Source of the DNA: a bacterium
GTDB taxonomy: Bacteria > Patescibacteriota > UBA1384 > CAILIB01
Direction: 5' to 3'
DNA length: 64,000 nt
Assembly: GCA_037131105.1 (NCBI GenBank)
Contig: JBAXRQ010000001.1
Span: 258,039 to 322,038 of the forward strand
Below the pieces are notes generated by a model that did not search any database, had not been told where the DNA came from, and saw nothing but the letters and a program-made list of their open reading frames with translations. A program made the translations under genes and the position numbers. The stretch's first letter is position 1, and the number at the start of each line of letters is the position of its first letter. Below, in pieces: positions 55,995 to 64,000 of the stretch.

Positions 55995-56981
55995 TTATGG
56001 AGTCGCACTTGGAGTCGTGTTTGCAGACGGAATGTGGGTCTGGGGGTTATGCCGTTTCGCCTCTATTTGTTCAGACGTAGGCAGTAGCAGGTCGGTGATG
56101 ACACCGAGCTTGGAAAGCGTCCAGATCACATACCATGAGAGGTCGGGCTGCCACCAGTAGACACTGTGTCTGACCGAATAGGCCATGGAGTGGTGGATGC
56201 GGTGCCCGCCTTCTCCAGCGGCTACGAGCATAACCCAGAAGTTATCCGTGCTCTGGTCTCCTTTGCTGCTGGTAAACTCACGCCTACCAAACAGGTGGCA
56301 GATTGAGTTGACGGCAAAGGTCGACTGATGGGTCAGGCCTAATGCCATCAAAGAAAGGAGAATGCCAACTGGTCCAAATAACAGGTAGGCAAAAACAAAT
56401 CGTAGCAGTAGCCACCAGAAGTAGGTACGGTCCATGAAGAGCACAAGCCGGTCCTTGTCGAGGTCCCTTTTGTACTGCTGGATGACGCTTGGATAATTAA
56501 TCCTGAACATCCAGCCGACGTGCGCGTGCCAGAACCCTTTCCAGAAATTGTCCCATCCATGGTGGGGACTGTGCGGGTCACCCTCAATGTCGCTGAAGGC
56601 GTGGTGTTTCCGGTGTGAAGCCACCCAGGAGATAGCCGGTCCCTCAGCTGACGTATTTGCCAATGCCAGGATAAGGAACTTGAATATCAGGCCGGGAATA
56701 CCCTTTGGCTTGAAGCCGCTATGGGTAAGAAAGCGATGCAGGCCGATCGTCACGCCCAGACAGCCAAGCTGCCAGGTAACAATGAGAAAAGCTAGCTCTG
56801 CGAGGGCAATGCCGTTCACGCAGAAATAAACGGTTCCAAGAAGCAATGCGGCAAAGGGGGCGAATACCACCACTGCAGCCAGCACCTTGAAGTTTCTGCT
56901 TAGAAAACGACGGATGGATAGACTCTTCTGAATGTTCTTCCATCGTTTTTGTATTTTCAGAGTCCAGTTTTGAGATTTCAT
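55995..56981 (-). CDS. Membrane fatty-acid (delta-9-like) desaturase
   Basis: His boxes HRFLTH, HRKHH and HRIHH; DPHSP, VNSICH, GEG. Confidence 0.92.
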   Translation of the reverse strand: MKSQNWTLKIQKRWKNIQKSLSIRRFLSRNFKVLAAVVVFAPFAALLLGTVYFCVNGIALAELAFLIVTWQLGCLGVTIGLHRFLTHSGFKPKGIPGLIFKFLILALANTSAEGPAISWVASHRKHHAFSDIEGDPHSPHHGWDNFWKGFWHAHVGWMFRINYPSVIQQYKRDLDKDRLVLFMDRTYFWWLLLRFVFAYLLFGPVGILLSLMALGLTHQSTFAVNSICHLFGRREFTSSKGDQSTDNFWVMLVAAGEGGHRIHHSMAYSVRHSVYWWQPDLSWYVIWTLSKLGVITDLLLPTSEQIEAKRHNPQTHIPSANTTPSATP

Positions 56982-57114
56982 GTATTCCTCCGACTGGCAA
57001 GCTTAGGGAGCTTGTTCCAGTTCAGAAAAAGTATAGCACAAATCTTATGCTTGGCATGGTGCAGCGGCTTCCTGAGCTGCTATAGTGAATACGCACTAGT
57101 AAGTAACGATTCCC

Positions 57115-57492
57115 ATGGACTCAGCCGCTATCCAGAAACGCCTCGACCTGCTCGAGAAGTCAGAAGCCGAATTCAAGACCAAGAAGGATATGTTGAACGA
57201 CAGCCTGAAGAGTGACGAGGAGCTTATCACCCTTGAGGACAAGATGAAGGACGCCCGCCAGCGCTATACCGCCCAGAAGCAGGCCTTGCTCAATGAGCCT
57301 GAGAATCGCAAGCTGATGGACGACCTGAAGGACCTGACCCAGGAGATCAAGGACACCAAAAAGCTGCTGGGCGACGAGCTCATCGCCTATTTCATGAAGA
57401 ACCAGACCTTGGAGTATGTAACGCCCTCCGGTGAGAAGAAGCGCTTCTCGGTATCTGCCAAGTTTGTCCGCGGGAAGGAAGACGGGGAGTAA
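57115..57492 (+). CDS. Hypothetical coiled-coil protein
   Basis: 125 aa with housekeeping-like codon usage. Confidence 0.75.
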   Translation: MDSAAIQKRLDLLEKSEAEFKTKKDMLNDSLKSDEELITLEDKMKDARQRYTAQKQALLNEPENRKLMDDLKDLTQEIKDTKKLLGDELIAYFMKNQTLEYVTPSGEKKRFSVSAKFVRGKEDGE

Positions 57493-57639
57493 TCCGTTGC
57501 CGGGGAGAGGATAATCTGGTAAGGTAGGATGGACTCAAGCGATCTTCCCGTGTAGTTTTATAAAAGTCGGGGCAATATCCGACTGTAAAGTCTGTCTTCG
57601 ACAGATTTTGACAGCCGTTGTTGCCCCGATTGAAAATCA

Positions 57640-57716
57640 GGGCAATTAGCTCAGGTGGTTAGAGCGCCACATTGACATTGTGGAGGTCACTGGTTCGAGT
57701 CCAGTATTGCCCACCA
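57640..57716 (+). tRNA. tRNA-Val (GAC)
   Basis: GGGCAATTAGCTCAGGTGGTTAGAGC...CCACA TTGACAT TGTGG...GGTTCGAGTCCAGTATTGCCCACCA. Confidence 0.97.
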
Positions 57717-57752
57717 AGAGAAAAGACAGGTCTTCGGACCTGTCTTTTCTCT
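57717..57752 (+). terminator. Hairpin terminator after tRNA-Val
   Basis: AGAGAAAAGACAGGTC-TTCG-GACCTGTCTTTTCTCT. Confidence 0.8.
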
Positions 57753-57767
57753 TGTGTCCGCAGTAGC

Positions 57768-57934
57768 GGACTCGAAACCATTGGTTCGCTCGCGCTCCTG
57801 CGCTCGGGCAGGAAGCGTTGCAATCGTTCGCCTAGCGAACAGAAGCAAGTCCAGTTTTTCACTGCTATCAAAGCAGCGAATTAACGCCTGTCAAAATCAG
57901 TGAAACTGACTTGACTGGCGGATATTGCCCACCA
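57768..57934. repeat. tRNA-3'-anchored palindromic element, copy at tRNA-Val
   Basis: GGACTCGAA inverted T-arm; CGCTCGCGCTCCTGCGCTCGGGCAGGAA matches the reverse complement of 4779-4806; TATTGCCCACCA 3'-end copy at 57923-57934. Confidence 0.75.
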
Positions 57935-58106
57935 AACTGGACATACATCAGGTTAAACCCTGCAAAAGAGAGCCCTTTCCGGGCTCATTTTTTGTGCTTG
58001 TTCAACCTTCCTCGGGTTCAAGTGCTCGATATTGCATAAGGGGGTCTTTGGTATTACCCTGTACATAATTTGAACGCATAATATTTATCGAACACCAGAA
58101 TAATAC

Positions 58107-58146
58107 TTGACAAATATATCGCAAGATGTACACTTAACATGTACAC
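58107..58146 (+). promoter_or_regulatory. TA promoter with TGTACA operators
   Basis: TTGACA-16-TACACT overlapped by two TGTACAC repeats, the core seen in YefM/Phd operators. Confidence 0.6.
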
Positions 58147-58161
58147 ATTAAATACTTCTCT

Positions 58162-58452
58162 ATGGCAAAGCTCTTGTCCCTTGTCGAGGCGCGGAACAAC
58201 CTGAGCAGTCTTGTCGATGACGTTTCGGAGAACAATACCCGCGTAGTCATCCAGAAGCGGGGCAGGGACAAGGTCGTGATGATCAGCGCGGACGACTACC
58301 TGCGCTCCATTACCCCTGTCGACCCACTTTTTGCAGAGTCGCGCAGACAGGCAGCCCTAAGCGGTTCGAATGACCTCGGGGGGTCTGAGATTGAGGCAGA
58401 GATACGAGCTGCCCGGAGAGAGCTCAGCCGGTCAGGAAAGAGCAATGGCTGA
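58162..58452 (+). CDS. Phd/YefM family antitoxin
   Basis: SLVEARNNLSSLVDDV...VVIQKRG...VVMISADDY. Confidence 0.88.
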   Translation: MAKLLSLVEARNNLSSLVDDVSENNTRVVIQKRGRDKVVMISADDYLRSITPVDPLFAESRRQAALSGSNDLGGSEIEAEIRAARRELSRSGKSNG

Positions 58453-58855
58453 TATTGTCCTCGACACGAATGTCCTGGTTTCAGCCTTTCTTTCTTCCCA
58501 TATCTCGCCGCCGTCCCTTTGTTTGGATATGGTGTTTTCAGGCTCCCACAGGCTTGTCGTTTCTGACAGGATTATTGCAGAATACCGGGAGGTCCTTAAG
58601 CGACCCAAGTTCTCAATAGATCCTAAGATCCTCAAATCATTCTTTGCACGCCTGCCGGACCACAGCACGTACGTGAGTCCTGAGAAGTACTTCACGCTTT
58701 GCCAGGACCCGGATGACAATATCTTCCTGGACGCAGCCTTTGCTGGGAAGGCCGCTTACTTGGTGACGGGCAACCTTCGGCACTTTCCCCAGGTTACGAG
58801 CTTCACCCACATTGTCTCTGCCAAGAAGTTCATAGATTTTCAGGCGATGACGTAA
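58445..58855 (+). CDS. PIN-domain (VapC-like) toxin
   Basis: IVLDTNVLVSA, DPDDNIFL, LVTGNLRHF; overlaps the antitoxin gene. Confidence 0.9.
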   Translation: MADIVLDTNVLVSAFLSSHISPPSLCLDMVFSGSHRLVVSDRIIAEYREVLKRPKFSIDPKILKSFFARLPDHSTYVSPEKYFTLCQDPDDNIFLDAAFAGKAAYLVTGNLRHFPQVTSFTHIVSAKKFIDFQAMT

Positions 58856-58914
58856 GTGTAGTGTCCTTGTCCATGAGATGCCCACCAGTACAGTGGCCTG
58901 CTTATGAGGTTGGC

Positions 58915-59619
58915 CTAAGGAACTAACTTTCCGTTCTGGTACGTGAACGTAAACGTTTTTGCCTTCGAAGGATGGTGATAGTCACCGTCGGCCCCGGTCA
59001 CCTTTGCCTTAACTACGACTTTCCCTTTTTCAAGGCTGACACTATCTACAGTGGCATGGTCGTCCAGTGCGACATCTGCTAGCTGCGAATTGCCGTGCCC
59101 CTGGTTCTCCTGGGTAAGGAACACAATGGGAAGGCTGAGGTTGGCGCCGTATCCCCGATATATGACTACTGCGGTCGCGCAGGTGTTGTCGCTCAGCGTG
59201 CCATCTGTAGTTGAGATGTACGAGTAGTAGGGCGTTGCTGTGCTGTCCAGGGGAGTAGTGACTGAGGCTGATCCGTTTGCCAGGCTGAAGTGAATCCCCG
59301 TCGCATTATCTGCTGCCTTGTAATAATCAGCTGTGTCTGTGTAGTCGCCCTGCTTGAAGTCAAAGGTATGGCTGCAGGCTGTTGCTACTGGTGAAGTAGA
59401 TGGAGTCGGCGTGGACAGAGTGGCGATCTGTGTCTTTAAGCTGTCCACCTGCGCCTGCAGGGTGCTCTGGGAATCGGTACTCCGCTTATTCTGGATGGCA
59501 TAGGTGACGCCCCCAGCAAGGACAGCGGCAATGACTGCGGCAATTATAGTAGGTACTGCAGGGTTGTTTTTTCTCTCAAGGCCCAACTCACGTTGCGACT
59601 GACGTTCATGCTCTTCCAT
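58915..59619 (-). CDS. Membrane-anchored surface protein (N-terminus paralogous to 20273-20998)
   Basis: SQRELGLERK...IAAVIAAVLAGGVTYAIQNKRS..SQ.TLQAQVDSLK. Confidence 0.75.
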   Translation of the reverse strand: MEEHERQSQRELGLERKNNPAVPTIIAAVIAAVLAGGVTYAIQNKRSTDSQSTLQAQVDSLKTQIATLSTPTPSTSPVATACSHTFDFKQGDYTDTADYYKAADNATGIHFSLANGSASVTTPLDSTATPYYSYISTTDGTLSDNTCATAVVIYRGYGANLSLPIVFLTQENQGHGNSQLADVALDDHATVDSVSLEKGKVVVKAKVTGADGDYHHPSKAKTFTFTYQNGKLVP

Positions 59620-59712
59620 AGGATGGGTTAGGTGTTTCGGACCATGTATTACTAGTATATGTCTGGGAACGCCTAGGGACAAGAAGCCTGGCTCTCGGAT
59701 GGGGTCTTGTTA

Positions 59713-60570
59713 TTACTTCCCTTTCTTAGGCGTCAGGGTTTTGAAGCTGTCTAGTATAGTCCGTTGCCCCTTGGTGATGGAGGAGAGGCTTGAGGCTTCC
59801 AGGAAATTTACGAAATACAGCTGACTGGCGCCGGGCAGTACGATCTCCACGGTTTGATGTGAGGTGCCTGAAGACTGGGTCAGATAGGCCTTCTGCCCAG
59901 CCAGGCTGGTAGTGGAGATGGTGCCGTTGCTGGAAAGGGCCTCCGCCCAGGCCTGTGCCTGATCGGCGTGGGTACCTGACTCCAGGTAGGGCTTTACGTC
60001 CACCACTACTCCTGACAGGACGGTACCCAAAATGGTCACATGGTAGGCCTGGTTGTCACCGTAGGAGGTGGTGGCAGTGTTTGAGGTGCTGCCTGAGGAT
60101 GGGTCGCTGAAAGTAGTCTGGGTCCCGTTGGCCTGTACCGTCCAGCCCTTGGGATAGTCGAACTGGTAGTTGTGGCCGGTATCGGTGTAGCTAGCGGTGG
60201 CGATAGGGAGGTGCGCCTTCTGGAAGAGGGTATTCAAACGACCGGTCCTCCAGGTGAGATAGCCGACTCCCGCAATGGGGAGAATAAGAAGGAGGTAGAG
60301 TAGTGTCCGGGTGCGGCGTTTTCTCAGGCTCTTGGCCCGGAGTCGCTTGGCAAAGACATGATCAGAGCGCACGGCAATGAGACCTTGTTTGATGAGGGGC
60401 GGCTGCCAGCCCTTGGCGGCCAGGGTGGCGATGACCTGGGATTCGCTGTAGCCCTTCTCCAGTGAGGACTCGATGTAGGTGATGAGTGCCGTATTGACCA
60501 CACAGAATCTTACGGGTATCCGTTCATGCCAGTATACCACGGCAGGATTAACCGGATCCAAAAAAAACAA
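59713..60570 (-). CDS. Membrane-anchored protein, PsbP-like domain
   Basis: YIESSLEKGYSESQVIATL..KGW N-terminal module, TM, YQFDYPKGW, SLAGQKA; true start probably about 70 nt inside the ORF. Confidence 0.7.
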   Translation of the reverse strand: MFFLDPVNPAVVYWHERIPVRFCVVNTALITYIESSLEKGYSESQVIATLAAKGWQPPLIKQGLIAVRSDHVFAKRLRAKSLRKRRTRTLLYLLLILPIAGVGYLTWRTGRLNTLFQKAHLPIATASYTDTGHNYQFDYPKGWTVQANGTQTTFSDPSSGSTSNTATTSYGDNQAYHVTILGTVLSGVVVDVKPYLESGTHADQAQAWAEALSSNGTISTTSLAGQKAYLTQSSGTSHQTVEIVLPGASQLYFVNFLEASSLSSITKGQRTILDSFKTLTPKKGK

Positions 60571-60594
60571 GGCACCGCTTGCGCGGCACCCTGT

Positions 60595-61392
60595 TCAATA
60601 TTTGACCGCCTCAATGATGACTTGGTCTCGATACTGCCCCGCTATGCTTCCCCGCAGGCCGCTCCGCGCCATGGCTTCCAGATGAGTGGATACTGGCAGG
60701 AACAGGCTCCAGTCATAGAGAAAATGGCGTATCCAGGCGTCACGGTCGGCAGCGTTCTGGCTCTCACCTATGGGTACCGCGAGCGCCAGTTCATGCAGTG
60801 CGTCCCTAACGGTTTCGCCGTCCTCTGGGAAGACATGGTCCATGTGCAGATACCTTCCATTTGGTATAAGGTGACGGGCGATATGGCCGTACCAATGATC
60901 AAGCTTATCCGGGAAATGATGGACGGTGAAGCGGGAGAGGGCGACGTCAAACAGATCTGGCTCGCTCCACTCTAGAAACTTCTGCTTGACCAGACGGAAC
61001 TCATCAGGAATTCGCAATGACCGGTACTGAGCACCGTTTGCCGGATCGATGCCGACATACTCCATGACCGGGTATCTTCCCAAAAGGGTCACCATTGATG
61101 CCATGGCACCAGTGGCGCAACCAGGTTCAAATACCCGGCTATCCTCGCAATGTCCCTGAGCAAGCTTTCCAAAGTCCTCAATAAGCCGCAAATAGCCGGG
61201 GTGGGCACGGCGAATGGCCCGGAATATCTCTATGGTCTGCAGTGAGTCAAAATACTCTATAACGTGGTCTTCATGCGAAACCATCACGGCCGCACCTCCT
61301 TTGATCTCGCCTATCCGGGCGGTCAGCTGCACTGTATCAGAAACGGGGATATTTTCAAGGCTCTGGCGGCTCATTCTTGCTTGGCAAGCCAT
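60595..61392 (-). CDS. Class I SAM-dependent methyltransferase
   Basis: VFEPGCATG, YVGID, FTVHH, LIPNG. Confidence 0.75.
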   Translation of the reverse strand: MACQARMSRQSLENIPVSDTVQLTARIGEIKGGAAVMVSHEDHVIEYFDSLQTIEIFRAIRRAHPGYLRLIEDFGKLAQGHCEDSRVFEPGCATGAMASMVTLLGRYPVMEYVGIDPANGAQYRSLRIPDEFRLVKQKFLEWSEPDLFDVALSRFTVHHFPDKLDHWYGHIARHLIPNGRYLHMDHVFPEDGETVRDALHELALAVPIGESQNAADRDAWIRHFLYDWSLFLPVSTHLEAMARSGLRGSIAGQYRDQVIIEAVKY

Positions 61393-61432
61393 TTTGCCAT
61401 ACCGTAAAGATATGACTTCCTCTCAATAAACA

Positions 61433-62023
61433 ATGTCAAAACCACTAGTAGTCTGGATAAACTGCTACGGTGCCTGGGATCCCGAGCACCGACCCAAGCT
61501 TGAAAATGACGGCTACGGAGAGTACCTGGACGGCGTGGTTGATCTGTTGCTGGCTCATAAGGACACCGTGTCGGCTGTGCATATCTCAGGGGGTATGTAC
61601 GACTCCCAGGGTAAGACCGAGTGCGAGACTACTATTCCTGAATTAGAGAAGCGGTTGGCTGCCAAGGGTGTCTCCGGGTGGGCGTTCATGGCTGACGAGC
61701 GAAGCGTGACCAGTATCAGCATAGTCCGCACGTTTCTGCAGGCATGGAAGAATGAGTATCCGGGCCATGATGCCTTGCTTGTCATCGACGAGGTCCGTTA
61801 TCCCACCAACGCCTACGCCCTTGAGTACCTGGCTGAAAAGATGGAGATGCAGATTCCTCCTAGCGACCAGGTTTTAGTATCCATACCAAGACCGGATACT
61901 CATCCTCACAGCACGCCTGAGTTCCAAGCCAAGAAGCTGGAAGAAATGAAAGAGAAGGGGGTAGAGGAAGTGGAGCGAGAGGGGATGGAGGCGCGCAAGG
62001 AGCACCTGACAAGAAAGTCCTAG
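61433..62023 (+). CDS. Hypothetical protein (weak DUF218/ElyC-like pattern)
   Basis: 196-aa ORF; ISGG...TECE...DERS pattern. Confidence 0.55.
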   Translation: MSKPLVVWINCYGAWDPEHRPKLENDGYGEYLDGVVDLLLAHKDTVSAVHISGGMYDSQGKTECETTIPELEKRLAAKGVSGWAFMADERSVTSISIVRTFLQAWKNEYPGHDALLVIDEVRYPTNAYALEYLAEKMEMQIPPSDQVLVSIPRPDTHPHSTPEFQAKKLEEMKEKGVEEVEREGMEARKEHLTRKS

Positions 62024-62817
62024 ATATCCAGTTCAACACTTACCGGACAGTGGTCGGATCCCATTACCGCGGGATGGATGTCGGCGGCTTTCACCTTGTC
62101 CTTGAGGGCGGCAGATACTAGTACGTAGTCGATACGCCAGCCGACGTTCCGCTCTCTAGCGCCTCCGAAGTTACTCCACCAGGTATAGTAGCCATTTCCT
62201 TCTTTGAACATGCGCAGGGTGTCTACGAAGCCAGCGTCCAGGAAGGCCTGGAAGCCTGAGCGCTCCTCTAGAGTGAAGCCCTTTTTGCCCTTGTTTGGCT
62301 TGGGGTTGGCCAGGTCGAGCTCGGTATGGGCTACATTCAGGTCGCCGCAGAAGACTACGGGTTTGCTCTTCTCGAGCCTGACACAGTGCTCCAGGAAGGC
62401 CGGGTCCCAGTGCTGGTGGCGCAAGGGGATGCGGCTGAGATCGTCCTTGGCATTGGGGGTGTAGACGGTGACTACGTAAAAGTCTTTGTACTCGGCGGTC
62501 AGCACCCGGCCCTCGGTATTGGGGTCGCCGTAGCCGTCGTCGGTCATGTCGTACTTCTTCTGGATGTCCACGGGTATGCCATTGGCTATGGAAAGCGGCT
62601 TCTCCTTGCTGTAGATGGCTGTGCCGGAGTAGCCTTTCTTCTGGGCAGAGTTCCAGTATTCGATGTAGTCAGGCAGGTCGATGATGGCCTCGCCGGGCTG
62701 GGCCTTGGTCTCCTGCAGGCAGAGTATGTCTGGCTGTTCCTGTCGGATAAAGGGAAGGAAGGCGTCCTTGCGCAGGACGGCCCGGATGCCGTTGACGTTC
62801 CATGAGTAGATCTTCAT
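62020..62817 (-). CDS. xth: Exodeoxyribonuclease III
   Basis: SWNVNGIRA, LCLQETK, GYSG, GDLNVAH, GWRIDY, GSDHCP. Confidence 0.97.
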   Translation of the reverse strand: MKIYSWNVNGIRAVLRKDAFLPFIRQEQPDILCLQETKAQPGEAIIDLPDYIEYWNSAQKKGYSGTAIYSKEKPLSIANGIPVDIQKKYDMTDDGYGDPNTEGRVLTAEYKDFYVVTVYTPNAKDDLSRIPLRHQHWDPAFLEHCVRLEKSKPVVFCGDLNVAHTELDLANPKPNKGKKGFTLEERSGFQAFLDAGFVDTLRMFKEGNGYYTWWSNFGGARERNVGWRIDYVLVSAALKDKVKAADIHPAVMGSDHCPVSVELDI

Positions 62818-63205
62818 AGGAATGGTTAGAGGTTCAGAGTAAAGCGTAGCATGTCAGGCGGAAATTGTCTTGGGATACAAAACCGCCCCGGCATCACAGA
62901 GGATGCGAGGGCGGGTAATGCTACTTACGCCACCGACATGGGCGTATCTGCTCGATGGTCAGCTAGGTGGCTGACCAGGCGGACAATGATACGTATGGTC
63001 GGTTTTGTGTCTGGCTTGCCGTTGGCAATCGCGGCTGCAGCTAGTGCAAACGCTATAAATATCTTTATAATTCCCCCATTACTGTGATCTGCTTTTATAC
63101 ACTAATCAGGGTAAAAAGTCAATCCCCCTGAGCTCCTCTTGCATTCTCTGTTCGCCAGGTCTTTACTGGTGGTGTGTTGAGTATTTTATCAGCTAGTCCT
63201 CATAT

Positions 63206-63619
63206 ATGGACGCTATTTCAGTGAATCTAGTAGCTGCCTTGGCAGCTGGTGTGGTCAGTATGGTCATTGGTGCGATCTGGTATTCGCCAGCAGTATTTGG
63301 CAAGATCTGGATGCGTGAGATCGGTATGAAGGAGACAGATGCTATGGCTGGTTCTGGTATGGCCCAGGCCTATGGGATCACCTTTGTTGGGGCTCTGCTG
63401 ATGGGCTACGTTACGGCTGTGGTGGTTCATTTTGCTGGTGCTAGTACGGCTATGGAAGGTCTTGAGGTCGGTCTGCTACTCTGGCTGGGCTTTGCAGTCA
63501 CTATCCCTCTTAACGACGTAGTGTTCGGCAAGAAGACTACCACGCTCTATATGCTCAATGCGGCGTATTATTTGGTTGTTCTGGGAATAAATGGCATTCT
63601 TCTCGCCCTCTGGAAATAG
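63206..63619 (+). CDS. DUF1761-family membrane protein
   Basis: IGAIWYSPAVFGKIW motif, four TMs. Confidence 0.85.
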   Translation: MDAISVNLVAALAAGVVSMVIGAIWYSPAVFGKIWMREIGMKETDAMAGSGMAQAYGITFVGALLMGYVTAVVVHFAGASTAMEGLEVGLLLWLGFAVTIPLNDVVFGKKTTTLYMLNAAYYLVVLGINGILLALWK

Positions 63620-63910
63620 GCTGAGTCTTTCTGGCTGGTAGTTTTCCTCGTCAGGACTTCTGTTACTTGCTCAACGTGCAGAAGAGTACGCCTCGCTCCG
63701 CTACTCAGACCTTCCTTGAAAACTACCTAGCTAAAACGAACTCAAGCAAATAGAAATGGTTTGCATTAGGTGAAAAAGCGGGCTCTTGAAGCCCGCTTTT
63801 TCGTACCCTATTTTACTTCAGGCCCAAAAGTGGACTAGGCACCTTTTCCCGGGCCGGCTGCTGTCATATAATTGGTAGGCACCAACCTCACTAGCCTAAC
63901 AGGAGGACCT

Positions 63911-64000
63911 ATGCCACAGGCAGTCATCGCTCCCGAAGAAACCACCAAGATCACCAAGTCCACCGAAGATGAGTGGCAGCTGGACACCGTAAAGGCCTGT
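63911..64000 (+). CDS. 5' fragment of a CDS running off the window
   Basis: AGGAGG RBS followed by the open frame MPQAVIAPEETTK... Confidence 0.5.
   Translation, partial: MPQAVIAPEETTKITKSTEDEWQLDTVKAC

Noticed and set aside
1-64000. Alternative genetic code (TGA as Gly), prophage, rRNA or CRISPR-Cas
   Set aside because: Conserved genes are intact under code 11 and several end at TGA; no phage structural genes, rRNA or cas genes were recognised.

Overview
A 64-kb chromosomal segment of a small-genome bacterium, most likely Patescibacteria/CPR (inferred from gene content, tightly overlapping genes, CCA-encoding tRNAs and many orphan membrane-anchored proteins; standard code with TGA as stop). 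Housekeeping genes include argS, pyrH, rny, ymdB, HU, tmk, thyX, a dCTP deaminase, smpB, a holA-like gene and xth. There are seven tRNAs (Arg-TCT, Arg-TCG, His, Gly-TCC, Pro-TGG, Arg-CCT, Val-GAC), a tmRNA, an IS30-family element and a Phd/PIN toxin-antitoxin pair. Four things stand out. (1) A large serine recombinase (LSR) precedes an array of gene cassettes at the tmRNA 3' end; each junction is TGGTGGA followed by an in-frame, interchangeable recombinase C-terminal tail. (2) A family of hairpin-rich non-coding elements sits behind six tRNAs and the tmRNA, with ends copied from the local tRNA T-arm and a body shared between loci. (3) A second, roughly 60-nt element occupies the centre of long palindromes. 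(4) A five-gene RiPP/bacteriocin-like operon encodes a hydrophobic two-Cys peptide, a putative RRE-site-2-protease fusion and an ABC exporter. All calls are from reading the sequence by eye; no searches were run.
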